Shown in pieces: positions 11,994 through 24,131 of a stretch of DNA of 64,000 nt. Under the pieces are notes generated by a model. It was given only the letters and a program-made list of their open reading frames with translations, had not been told where the DNA came from and ran no database searches. Location of the stretch: positions 62,001 through 126,000 of the forward strand of contig RSEE01000142.1 of NCBI GenBank assembly GCA_003971905.1. Direction: 5' to 3'. The DNA is from Moniliella sp. 'wahieum' (taxonomy: Eukaryota). How positions within the stretch are numbered: the stretch's first letter is position 1; each line of letters opens with the position of its first letter. The position numbers were made by a program, and so were the translations under genes.

Positions 11994-12800
11994 ATCACGC
12001 CTAACGCCTAATGTCTAATGTTCAACGCCTAACGCTAAGCACTGTCTGCCCGCTCTGCTCTGCTCTGCTCTGCCCTGCGCGCTCGGCACTCCGATACGAT
12101 ACCCCTTTACCCTTGTGGCGCGTACCTCGCTGCTGGGGGTACGGGCTTTCCCCCCCTCGCTTTCTCTCTCTTTGTCGTTCTAGTCGTTAAGACCACCTTG
12201 TTTTTCTTGCTCCCTTACCGTCCCTATCTGCCTCCCTCGCCCTTGGCGCAAGTTTGTAGGAATTGTACATGTGCCTTTGGCTCGATCTGCCTTTTTGAAT
12301 GCCCTGAATGTCTTTCCCCTTACGCCTTCGACGCCGACGCACGGTTGTTGCCCGCCCGGTCCTCTACGGATGGGTGCCATGTAAATAATGCAATTGAACC
12401 AGCGTATGATGATGGGTGGGGTTCAGCCATCCATCCATCTGATCAACCTCATTTGAACTGAATATTGAATCTCGACATTGTGCAGCATGCCCTCGGTAGA
12501 GCTCATTGAGGTACGAGCTAAGTCCGACGTCCACCAGGCCAGACTAGCATGAGCGGCCAGCGCTTAGCGCTTAGAATGCACAATGAGACTTGCGATTGAA
12601 TCTCCGGGATGCCGGACTGCAGGACCGTCGCCTCGCCATGTAAAGCTGCATGTTGCTCTCTGGGGCACCACTAGAACCTAGCAAACGGGGTAGACAGGCA
12701 GGCAGATCGGCTGCTCGCTCGGGACGCCAGGACGCGTGCGCGGGACCCAAACTGGCCATCCCATCACCAATCATTAAATCATCTTACATTTTCCCCTTCG

Positions 12801-15138
12801 TCACTCTTTCTGCCGCACGGCCCTCTTGCTTGCGCGCAAGCCGGACAGGTACTGTTCGATCCACACGTCCCGCTCCTCGGGGCGGTGGGAAAAGGCGCGG
12901 TACCGTGCATCGTCCTTCAACACAGCACGCACCTCATCCAGATCAAACTTCATGCCCAACAGATCCTGCTCCATCTCCTCGTCCGCATCTGCGTCTGCAT
13001 CTGCATCTGCGTCCGCGTCCCCGCTCCTGCTCCCGCTCCCGTGTCCGTCGGCCGAGTCGGCCGGGCCAGGCTGCTCCGAGCCGGAAGCAGCGTGTCGGAG
13101 CTCCTTTTTGGTCTGCTGCAGGCGCCCCCAAAACTCCAAAAACGCATTCTCGCGCAGCATGGTCTGGAACGCCTCGTACGCACGTTGGGTCCGCGCCTCG
13201 TTCCACGCGACAAAGGACCGCTCCAGCGCGTGCTCGACCGCGTCCCCGTCGGCATCGGCATGGGTATCGGCGTCAGCGCCGGTGCCATGAAGGTGGAGGA
13301 CGAGCTTGTCGAGCCCGAGGCGGGCAAAGTCGCGGTCCTCGCGAACCTGGGGCACAGTTTCGTCCATGGACCGGTCGAGCGTCGGCGCGGCACGGGCAAA
13401 CAGTTGGTCCAACTGGGACTGTTTGCGGGCCAGAAGACGGGCCTGGTGCGCCAGGAAAAGCGATTGCTGTTCGCCCGGCGGAAGCGGCACCGCCCCGCCC
13501 CACACGTCGCGCGATACAGAGAGCGAAAAGGGCAGGTAGGCATCCTGCACCTTGTCCACCAGCCGTTGCTCGTACTGCGCGCGCGCCGTCTCGTGTTCCG
13601 CGTGGTGCGCCACGGAACGCAGCGTCGAGGCCAGCCCGGCCTTGTGGCGCGCGACTTTCTCCCTGCGCTGCGCAAGCGCTTCCTCTTGCTTGGACCGCTT
13701 GGCTGTCGTCGTAGGGGCTGGTGCGGGCGCCGATGCCGGAGCCGGCGCGCTCGCCACCCATTCGGCCCACAACTGAGCCCGGCGCGTCGCGCTGCCCACC
13801 GCATCGTACCGTGCATCGCGATCGAGGCCGAGCTTGACCCGGGGCCAAGCGTCGGCGACCAGCTTGGCGCTGGCGTCGGGCGCGAGCGAAGCGACGGACC
13901 GCCGGACCGCAAGCTTTTCCTCCGCCACCCGTTCCTCGAGCAAGTGCACAAACGCTTCCTCGGCCTGCTGCGCTTGCCGGCGCTTCACCTCGCCCAGCTG
14001 ACGAAGATGGGCCTTGAATGTGCGCTGGTCCGGGCGGAAGCGCGGGTCTTGGCCATGGCTCTGTTCAAAGTCGGCCCATTGGGTCCGGGTCGAAGTCACC
14101 TTGTCCTTCAACAGCGCGAGGAAGTCCCCGTCTTGGTTGCGCGACACGGTGGGGGCGGAGGTAGAGGTAGAGGTAGAGGCACGTGGTGTGGCGGGATGGG
14201 AGTCGAGGTGGGTAGGGGCGCAGGCTGAACGCGGGCCTGTTTCGCCGCTCGTTTCTCCTTCAAACGGAGCTTGCACCATTCGTTGAACGCGTCTTCCCGC
14301 TCGCCTTTGGGCATGCGGGCGTACGCGGGCAACGTATCAAACTTGCCCTTCTCCAGTTCCCAGGGCGCCATCGCGTTCACCTCCTTGGCTGTGCCCGTGA
14401 GACTGGTGAGCATCGCATAAAATGCCTGCACGGGGTCTTCCTCCTCCGCGGCGGCAGTTGTGCCTACCTCTCCTTCTGCCTCCTTGTCCTCCGTCGCCGA
14501 GGCAGTATCCGTTTCAGCCAGCCGCTGCGCCTCAGCCGCCTTGGCAGCTTCGGCAGCTTCTGCTTCAGCAGCCATCTCGGCCGCCATTTGGAGTTGCCAT
14601 TCTTGATCATCATCATCATCGTCGTCGTCTTCGTCGTTGTCGTTGTTGTTGTTGTCGTCCTGCTCCTGCTCCTGCTCCTGCTCCTTCTCTTCTTCCTCTT
14701 CCGCCCTGTCATCATTGGTATGGACAGCGGGGATTTCCCAGGCGCGTGTTGGAGGGGCTGGGCGGGGCGGGGGAGGCGGCGCGTGGGCGCTTGGCCGGGT
14801 GGTCGGGGGAGGCAGCCCTGCGCTTGGGCGGGTCGGGAAGGTGGCCAGAGACTCTGCTGGGTGTCGGGGGGAAGAAGAAGCGGTGGTGGCGGTTGGTTGT
14901 CACCCGCAGCCACGGCCGGCCGGGCACCCAGGCGTAGGACAGCGCGGTCTCCCATCGCGCGGGGGCGGCGGCAGGAGGCGGCGGCGGAGGCGGGGCAGGT
15001 GCGGAAGCCGGCGCGGAGCAGCGCAGAAGAGGGCCGCTTGTAGGTGCTGGTGCGGGAGGCCCTGTGCCAGTAGTACGTGTGGCCCTGTGGGGCCTTGTGC
15101 TCCGTCCAGCCGGCCGGCAGCGGAGGCAGCGCTCCCAT
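12801..15138 (-). CDS. WW- and FF-domain protein (TCERG1/Urn1/dre4-like splicing/transcription factor)
   Basis: N-terminal WW domain PLPAGWTEHKAPQGHTYYWHRASRTSTYKRP, second WW-like segment (PWLRVTTNRHHRFFF), acidic EQ/D tract, and FF-like repeats (FYAMLT..PWELE..REDAFNEW; FLALLKDKVTSTRTQWADF..DPRF; DARYRAF..ERDVWIEQYL). Several frameshifts. Confidence 0.85.
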
Positions 15139-15414
15139 CGCAGCAGTTGGAAGAGCAAAATACTTCCGTCCCTGGGGGTACTTGGCCAATGCGCACCCCG
15201 CCGCACGTGACCCCTGAGGTAAGCAGCATGAACGTTCAGCTGCTGGGCCGGCACGCCTCACCGCACCGCGTCGCGTTGGCTGCCCCCGTGCCGCTGCGCG
15301 CGCGGCGGCACTGCAGGCTGGGCGGAGTGTGATTGATGACTGGTGATTGCTGCGTCGCCGCGTCGCCGCTGCCACTCGACCCGACGACACCCCCCCTCTC
15401 CCACCACCGCCGCC

Positions 15415-18400
15415 ATGTCGCAGAGCTCGGTGTTTGGCGCTGCGCCGCCGCGCCAGCGCTCCCGCCTCAGCTTCAAGGGCAAGCTCGCCAGCAAGGGCAT
15501 CAGCACCGACCGCCTCCTCCGCGACCTCAAGACCGTCCAGGCCGAGCTCGCCCAGATGGACCAGGACGACGTGGACCTCGACTCGCTCCTGCCCATCACC
15601 AAGCAGCTCGTCCAGCCCACCCTCATGCTCCACAAGGACCGCGGCGTCAAGATCGCCCTCGCGTGCTGCCTCGCCGATGTCCTGCGTCTCTTTGCGCCCG
15701 ACGCGCCCTACACCGCGCTCGAGCTGCGCGTGCGTACCCCCCCCCCCCTAGCTCGCGTCGCGTGTGCGCACTAACCCCCCCCGCCGCTTCCCCCACAGGA
15801 CATCTTCCAGTTCTTCATCCACGAGCTCACGCTGCCCGCCAAGACTGGCCACGGCTTGGCTGTGCCCCAAGGCCCGCGCTACTCGGACTACTTTTATCTC
15901 GTCGAGTCCCTGAGCACCGTCAAGTCGATCGTGCTTGTATGCGACCTGAATGGCGCGGAGGACATGATGACCGACCTGTTCCAAGGCTTCTTTGAGATTG
16001 TCTCGTACGTCCTTGGCTGCGGTGTGTGTTGATGCGGGTCTTTTTGTGTGTGTACTTACTAGCCCCGGTCCGCGCTGCGCAGACCGACGATGGCCAAGAA
16101 CCTCGAGATCTGCATGGCGGATATCCTGGCCCAACTGGTGGACGAGGCGCAGCAAGTGCCCGAGCCGGTCCTCGAGCTCTTGCTGGTCAACTTTAACCCC
16201 AGGCGATCAAGGCCAATCCCGCCGCGCACAATTTGGCCGTGCAAGTGTGCCAGGCGGCCGAGCACCGGCTGCAAAAGTATGTCGCGCACTATTTTACCGA
16301 TGTCATCACCTCGTCCCTTGACGATGAGCAGGACCGGAACGAGCGGGACGGCAACCTGACCCGCACCTACACGCTCATCATGGAGATCAACCGTTCCGTT
16401 CCGCCTCTTTTGCTCAACGTGGTGCCCCAAATGGAGGGGGAGCTAACGTCGGAAGACCAGAGCTTGCGCTTGATGGTCACGCGCGTGTTGGGCCAAATGT
16501 TTGGCGAGCGTCGTTCGCTCGCTGCGGCCGGCTCAACGTCGGAAGGTCTGGCAGAGGGCGACTTTGCGCGGACGTACCCGGGCGTATGGAAGGCGTGGCT
16601 GCGCCGTGCCAACGATAAAAGCTATCATGTGCGCATTGTTGGCTCGAGTCGGCCCAGGGCATCCTACGCTACCACCCTTCGCTCGTGCCCGATATGATTC
16701 CCATCTTGACGCAAAAACTGCTCGATCCGGATGAAAAAGTGCGCACGATTGCGGCCCGTGTGCTGGGCAGCATGGATTACGAAACGGCACTGCATCGGAC
16801 GCCCAAGGTGCTGCTGGAAGCTCTGGCGGAGCGGTGCATGGACAAGAAACGTACTGTGCGGGAGAATGCAATGAACGCGCTGGGCCGCCTATTTCACCTT
16901 GCCTTCCCTGAAATCGAGAGCCACGACCGGGCGGCATTGAGCAATTTGCCTGGATCCCAAGTGCGGTGCTTTCCGTGTTGAAAACGTCGGATGTATCACC
17001 AAGATGTGGCGGATGTGGTGGAACGGTGGATTTTGCCCTTCCCTTCGTATGGGCTGGGCTCGAACCAGACCAAACTCCGTTCCTCCCAGTCCTCTTCCCA
17101 AGGTTCGAGCCAGTCCCAGAGCCTGACGGCCGGCGTGGCGTTTACGGGGCAGCAGATGAATCGGCCTGGGTGGGTCGGCTGCTGTTGGTGCTCAAGTATG
17201 GGGATGGGTTTACCAAGTCGGTCATCTTTAAGCTGGGCAACCTGGTCGAACCGCTGAGCATCTGGGCCCGGTTTGTCGATGCGTGTGAAGCGTACAATGG
17301 GGGCACGATGGACGAGGACGAAGTGCGTAAGAAGCAGGAGCTCAAAGTGTTGCTCAAGGCGGTGGCCAAGGTGTTGGGGGAGCAACCGGGGGCGGATAAA
17401 GTGGCGAGTGAATTGCTCGAGTTTGCACGGATGAATGATCTGCGTGCGTACCGCCTGTTGCGGGTCAGTATGGACCCGAAACAGGACATGAAGAGTCTGC
17501 TCAAGGCGCGCTTGGAGCTGCGTCGTCGTCTCGAGGCCAACAACAAGTCGCTCGTCCCGACCCTGATGCATTTTTGGCGCGGGGCCAGTTTCCCGCTGGT
17601 CAACCGCACCACGGTGAGCCAGTTGCTCAAGGGCATCCAGCAAGGCCGCCTGGCTCGTCGGCCGCGAGCCAGGCCAGTGCCGATTCCCTCTTGCCCCTCG
17701 GCCCCAACAAGGTGAGCTTGGCGGGTACGAGGTGTTTGTGGAAAACGCGACGGCCGTCTTGACCCAGGTGACCAAGTCCCACCCCACTATGCTCATTCCC
17801 TTTGTGCCCGAACTGATCCGGATCGTTCGCGATGGCGAGGCCAGTGGCGACGAGAACCCGTATGCGACGACGGTGGCGCTGCGTGCGCTGGCGGTGATTG
17901 CTCGTGGGGATCGACAAGCGACCAAGTTGATGCGCGAGCCCAAGGCCATCGACGCCCTCTGCCATTTCGCCCTCGAGGGCCAAGTGGAAGAAGCCAAGTT
18001 TGCCACCGAGACGCTGGCGGCGATGAGCGAGCGCGACACGTTGCTGCGGCAAGGCGAAGGTGCGGCGCGGTACACGGCGCCCGGCGGGGCGCCGCTGGCC
18101 AAATCCGATCTGCTCACCGCGCAACACGCACTGCACACGTGCTCACTACGATTTCCGATCAACTGTGTGGTACGGGAGGGCAAGTTGGCCAGTCACCTGG
18201 CTGCGCTCCTGGCTTTGGTCAAGTACGCGCCCGATGTATTTGAGGACCGGGCCCAGTCGATCATCAAGGACGTGCTGGCCGCAATCAAGCGGCCGTGGAT
18301 GGAAGTGAAGGACGAGGCTGGCGGCATGCGCGCGGTCCAAGCCGAAGAGTGGATGGAGGAGGAGGAGCAAGAGGAGTGGGTCGAAGCGGAGGATGTGGAC

Positions 18401-19590
18401 GACAATACGCGGTCGCGCATGCTGGGCTTGCGGGTGATCACCAAGCGGGCCGAGGTGTATGCGCATACCGAGCACGCCGAGATGACCGTCAAGCCCATCT
18501 GCGGTTTTTGTACCATGCCCTGGGCGCCGGCGAAGTGGACAGCGCCACGGGCGAGCCCAAGAAACCGAATGCGTTGCCTGCCATGCCGGGCCACGCGCGC
18601 GCCTGGCTGCGCTTCACCTCGGCCGCCTGCCTGCTCAAGTTGGCGCGCCACAAGGCGTATGCGATGCTGGTGACGCGCCAAATGCTGCCGTTGGCATTTG
18701 TGGTGCAAGACCGAAGCTTTGGTGTGCGCAACCTGTTCTTGCGCAAGCTGTGCGCCTACCTCTCGTGCAACAAACTGCCCCCGGCGTTTTATGCGGTCCC
18801 TTTCCTGGTTGCGTTGGACCCCGAAGAGGAAAACTTGCATCTGGTGCGCTACTTTTTGCGCAAAGTCATCTGGGGCGTCTCGACCGCCCAACGGTTCAAG
18901 ACGGTGGAATACACCTTTGCTCGCTTCCTCCACCTGCTTGCGCACCACCCCGACTTTCACCGGGAGGACGTGACGGAAGCGCTTCAGTTTGCTCGCTATG
19001 TCGACTTTTACCTGACCAGCGTGGCCAACGAGGAGAACATCAATTTGTTCTGGTACATGTGCAGCCGGCTCAAGACGCTTCGTGCGGCAGACAGCGTCGG
19101 CGCAAGTGAGAACTTGTATGCGCTGTGTGAGCTGGCGCAGCTGCGGATCAAGCGCAAGGCACTGTCCAATGGCTGGACCATTGAACCCTGGCCGGGCAAG
19201 GTGGCGATGCCCTCGACATTTTCCGTCCCTTGCCCAACAAGGAAGTGCAGAAGGAAATTTACTCGCGGCAGTACTTGCCCGAGGTGGTGCGGCGGCTGAC
19301 GAGGACTTGGACCAAGTCTCCAGCCGCAAACGGCCGCCGGCCGAAAAAGTGATTGACCTTCCCAAACCAACCAAGACGTCCCGCGCGCTCGCGCTCGCCA
19401 GCCCAGCCCCACCGACGATTCGGACGAGGAGATGGAAGAAGCGCAAGAGCAGGCTGAGGCCACACCCAAACCCACGCGGGCGCGGCCTAAGCCTAGGGCG
19501 GCCAAGGCCACGGCCTCGCGCGCGGTCGGCGCTGCGGACGAGGTTCCGAGGACAACGAGGAAGAGGAACAGGAGGATGAAGATGAGGGGG

Positions 19591-19622
<32 letters not shown>

Positions 19623-19698
19623 CGGAGAAGGAAAGCAATCCGCCTCCTGCGAAGCGCGCGCGTCGGGCTGGGCGCCGTTGAACCGAGAACCGATCTGA
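15415..19698 (+). CDS. PDS5: Sister chromatid cohesion protein Pds5
   Basis: LHKDRGVKIALACCLADVLRLFAPDAPYT, LLLNVVPQMEGEL, KLLDPDEKVR, ERCMDKKRTVR, EYTFARFLHLLAHHPDF, SENLYALCELAQ. Introns 15730-15798 and 16005-16082. Multiple frameshifts; 3' end approximate. Confidence 0.95.
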
Positions 19699-19916
19699 TC
19701 TACGTTTGGGGTCTATGCGTCTATGAACCCGGTGGGCTGTCCTTGACTCGGCCGAGGAGGCGCTTTTAGTTGATACAATAATGAACCCGTTTTAAGCAAA
19801 CAAGAAAGAAAGGCTACAGACCCCGCGCGTAGCCGACACGCGCCATCCCACAGACAGACGCGCCATGCCGTGCCATCCACTCTACCCCAGGCCAGGCTGA
19901 ACTGATTAACCACTAC

Positions 19917-20982
19917 TCAGGCGGGCGGCGCGTCGGCATACGAGCCTATCCGACTGGCTAGTCGACTGAGGAAGAGGTACGCCACCACCGCAGCGGCAAA
20001 TGCGACTTTGCGTTGGCCTAGACTGAACAAGGTGCCGAACATGCCCCGTGGGGGCGGCGCATTCGGCATGTCGTTGACCTTGCCTCCCCGGTTGGCTTTC
20101 CGGTTGGCTCGCCGCGCCGCCGGCCCCGTCAGAAGCCGCTCTTCCGTCGCGCGGGGGGGGGAGCACGGTGACGGAATCTACCGCGGCGGTGGACCGAGTC
20201 GGGACAGGAGCGGTGGCAGGATCAAGAGAGGCAGGTGGGTCGGGGGCGCTGGACGGGGGTGGGGCGGGCCGCTGGCCCATGTTGGGCAGGGGGTGGCGGT
20301 CGCATGCGCGTACTCGGGAAAGAGCGCAACAAATTTACGTTGCTTGATGTTCCAGGCGTGGGAGGCCTGTGCGTACGCCCTCCGATCGGCAGCGCTCGCC
20401 GACACACTTCCGGTCGTCATCTCTTCGCCCGTCATGAACGACAGCAGGCCCACGAGACTAGCCCCGCGTCATCGCGTCAGTTGGGTCAGTCAGGCGTGCA
20501 TCGTGCGCGGCAAGCAGAGGGGGAAGGGACGTACATGTTGGCCACACTCCAGCTGGGGTTCCAGCTGCCAGGATGAAAGTCGCTCATCGAGGTGCAGATC
20601 TTGGTGTTGGGACTGAAACGGCCACTGGGCGTCTGCACCTTGATGCCCCTGGACACCGGCCAGGCGGGGGTCAGCGAGGCGTCGCGAGCAAGGGACCCGG
20701 GGAGGAGACGTACGGAGGCTTGAACGGGTAGTCGCTCGGGAAGAGGAGTTGGCCCCAGTACTCTCCCCGTCATAAGGGGTGTCGGGGGGGCCACGGAGAA
20801 GGAAGTGCCACTCGAGCACGTTGTCTTCGCGCGGACGGGCATAGCAGTAGGGCGGCGCATCGGCTTCCATGTTGATGGCCTCCTTTGCGAGCTGGGGGAC
20901 GGGAAGCAGCGTCAGCAGAAGAGCAATGGGGCGCAGGGCGGGATGGACAACATACGCGCTTGGCAGCGGCTTTGCTGGCCAT
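19917..20982 (-). CDS. UBC6: ER-anchored ubiquitin-conjugating enzyme E2 (Ubc6/UBE2J2)
   Basis: [106 protein letters not shown]-terminal hydrophobic anchor [13 protein letters not shown]. Three short introns. Confidence 0.93.
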
Positions 20983-21948
20983 GGTGGCGGGGAGCACGGG
21001 CGATGGCGGTGGCGGCTCGGCGGCGATGGTGGTGGATTGAGCTGATTTGGCCCGCCAATCGCAGCGCCTCAGCGCCAGCCGCATGCAACTTTCAAAACGC
21101 CCGCCTCTTGCGTGTGTTGCATTGCACCCCTGCGCTTCAATGTTGCAAGTAGCACGTGCAGTGCTGAAACATTCAACGTTCAAACATTCCACGCGCCACT
21201 CACTCGGTGGCGGCGCTGACCTCATCGACCTCCGCTCTCCGAAAGCTATTTATACTGAACTAGTAATACTATGTGCGGCCCGCCCTGTACGCGCCCTTTT
21301 TCGGCGCTTCGCTAGAGAAGCAAGCCCCGAAAATACTCGGTGCGTACCCACGCCCAAGTCAACCCATCTCCGATTATCGCCTCACGTCTCAAGCGCCAAC
21401 CTGTAGCGTCCCGGTCAGATTGATATCAACGGTTTATCGCGCTCAACTGAGCGTTTTGATATCCGCTACGCACTGTCCCCTGCTGAATTTCTCGCCCCCA
21501 AGAAATCGTGCAACAAAATACCTTGTGGAGGTAGTAGGGCACTTGAAATACTGATCGAACTGATCTCTGGTAGGCGCGCCTCCATTCTCGGCGCCATGCA
21601 GTAGGGAGACGAGCACATCAGCAGGGCGTGTCTATTTTCGGCCGCCAAACCCCAATCTCGGCCGTGCGGTGATCTCGGTCTTTGCGGTATTGGCACTCAC
21701 TGTGGAGGGTTCGCGGTTAGGTTAATTGCAGTAGCTCCAACAAACACATGCACACTGCAATACAATCCACGCTGCGTGGTTTGATGGTGCTCCGTGCGCC
21801 CCTTGCCCCAACAGCACACGCCACAAAGGTTTATAAACGAGGCTCTCTGGGGGCATACGCGTTTCGAGTCGCCACCAATAACTCTTTCCTTCCAGCTGCA
21901 TCCGCCTCGCCTCTTTTCGTCTGCGACCCAACACCGAACAACAACGCC

Positions 21949-23217
21949 ATGTTTCATGCTGGCTTCAAGGAAAAAGATGAATCCAGGATGGGTTCGCCAA
22001 CCCGTACTCGGATTATCACGAGCCCACAGCTTCCTCCTTCTCGGACGAAGACGAAGTTGGCTTCCCGCCGATACGAAGGAGCGCCCTTCTTCGCCCTCTA
22101 GTGCATCGCGCAAGCGATCGGCGTACACAAGTACGAGTGGGAGTGCGAGTCCTCCCGAGTACACCCGTCATGACCCCTTGTTGGCGGGTAGTGCCTCGGC
22201 CTCGGCCTCCCCAGCCCGGTGGGGACAGTCCTCGTTCGCGGGCTCAACGGCCCCTGGCAAAGTACCTGCCGGCCGCACCAACGCTCGCTAGGCCTCTTCC
22301 CCTCCTGGGCCCAGCACAACACGCAGCAAACGTTCAAGCTTACTTGTCCGCCTGCGTTTTCCTCCAAGGTATTTGCCACGGACGTGCGGAGCGGGGTGAC
22401 GCTGCTTCAGTGGAAGAGCCTGGCACGGCAGTTGCTCTCGGGCTTTCGTCCGTCAGCCTTTTTGGTGGAGAATGCACGGACGAACGAGCCGCTGCTGGAG
22501 TGCAGCACGACATGGCCTCGGAAAGGGGCGAGTGGATCCTTTCGCGTCCGACTGGCAGGATGGGCCAAGGTCAAGGCCAAGGGGCAGTAGGCGAGGTGCT
22601 CTGCACCGTCTCCCCCTCAGCCGGGGATGGGTACGGATCGACGATGCAGATGGACGTGTGCTTTGCCAACTCGGCGGGGAATGGAGCGGAAATGCAGTTG
22701 GTGCTTGTCTATGACCCTATGGAGGCGCGATGGGACTTGCTTGACATGGACGGCACCGTGCTGGGGCAAGTGGAGCAACAGGGCCAGTTTGCCAACGAAG
22801 CAGTGGTGACCAGTACGTTCCTTTTTCTCTCTCTCTTTCTTTCGGTCCGAGACTGACCACGTGGATCCACCTTCAGTACCAGCCTATGCCGATACACTCT
22901 TCTTTGTCGTCTTGGCCATGATCACGCGCGAGGAAGACTTGATCCGTCAACAGCAACCGTGCGGTACCGGCCCGGTGATGGGCGGGGGCATGGGAAGCGC
23001 CGGTATGGTTCCGGGTATGGGGGTGCTAGGTACCGTGCGAGGAGGCCTGCGCGGGGCCCTGCTTGGTCCGGGCCAAGTATGTGGGACGCCGGCGCGGCGG
23101 ATTGCTGGGGGGCGTTGTGGCTCGGGCTCCGATTGGTGGAGGCGCGGAAGTGGGGGGCCGTTCCAGGCGCCTCTGCGCGCCCCTCGCCGCATGAGGCGGA
23201 ATGGGCTGTACTATTGA
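21949..23217 (+). CDS. Probable LURP-one-related / Tubby C2 (Tub_2)-like protein
   Basis: Beta-rich segments VFATDVRSGVTLLQW, MDVCFANSAGNGAEMQLVL, DGTVLGQVEQ and a terminal helix VT|IPAYADTLFFVVLAMI resemble fungal LURP-one-like proteins. Intron about 22813-22876 (GTACGT...CTGAC...CAG). TATAAA near 21831. Frameshifted; ends approximate. Confidence 0.45.
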
Positions 23218-24131
23218 TCGAATGATGTGCTGAGGCCTGGGCGTGCTGCATTGGTCAGTCACCCAAAGGGACACGACCAGCGGCTTGCACCAGAGGGGGG
23301 TTGTGTATCGAGGAGTTCTCTTTCTTCCGCAGCCGTTCGTATAGCCGAGCAGCAATGGACACTGAACATACGAACGTTGTGAACGTAGTAGACTCTCTTG
23401 TTTTCGCTTTGTCACGCTCCTCTTAGGTAATAAGAAGGCGCCGTATCTTCTTGGCGTGCATGTTGCTTCGCCCTGCCAGCGATGCCTGGCCTGGCGTTGC
23501 GCGGGCTCTGGTTATCGATCTTGTCTGCGAGCGGGCGCTCGCTGAGCACGGACATGTGACAAGGGAGATGCAATCCACGCTGGAGGAGCCGGGGGGCGCG
23601 CGGAACACCGGACGCGGAAACGCGATAAATGAGCGGAGCGCGGGCGGTAGGGTTGCTGCTGCGCGGGGCGCGGCGTGGCTTTGCGTCTGCGGCGGCCGTG
23701 CACGAGAAGGTTTGCGCCGGCACGGGCGCACTGTGGAGCGTGACCATTCTTCTGGTGGCGGGCGCCGCACCACACCCCTGTCCACCTCACCCGTCACCAC
23801 CCCCGCCGCCCCGCACGGCGCCAGTGCGCGTGCGTTGGGGCCCACGCCCCGCTGTCTCAGCGGGCGCGCAGCGGGCGAGTGTCGGGCGGAATATCACGCA
23901 CCGCACGCCCGCTCATGCGTCGCGTGGGCGGCGTGGCAGCGTGTAGGGTTGGCCCAGGCCGCCCAGCCTGCCACACTGCTCAGGCCGGCCGCGGCGGACG
24001 ACGGACTAACCCCCTCGACACGCGACCAGCGCCCCCCGGCCTTTGCCCAACCCCCCCCATCCATCTCCCACCCGACGACGACGCCCAGACCTCCAGCCTG
24101 TTGCACTGCGTCGCGCCTCTCCGCTGCGACC

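Noticed and set aside
12404..12443. ATGATGA ... CTGA (C and D boxes) suggesting a C/D snoRNA
   Set aside because: The boxes are only about 25 nt apart with no recognisable rRNA guide, too short for a snoRNA.
12650..14228. Long plus-strand ORFs (354 and 447 aa); similar ones at 18193-19638 minus, 25397-26788 minus, 48989-50386 minus, 57748-58983 plus and 61527-62609 plus
   Set aside because: Antisense or alternative-frame shadows of real genes in high-GC DNA, with no independent domain signal.
14588..15043. ORF with a very long Ile/Val/Leu run that looks like a membrane protein
   Set aside because: It is the antisense reading of the acidic (EQ)n/(D)n tract of the WW/FF gene.
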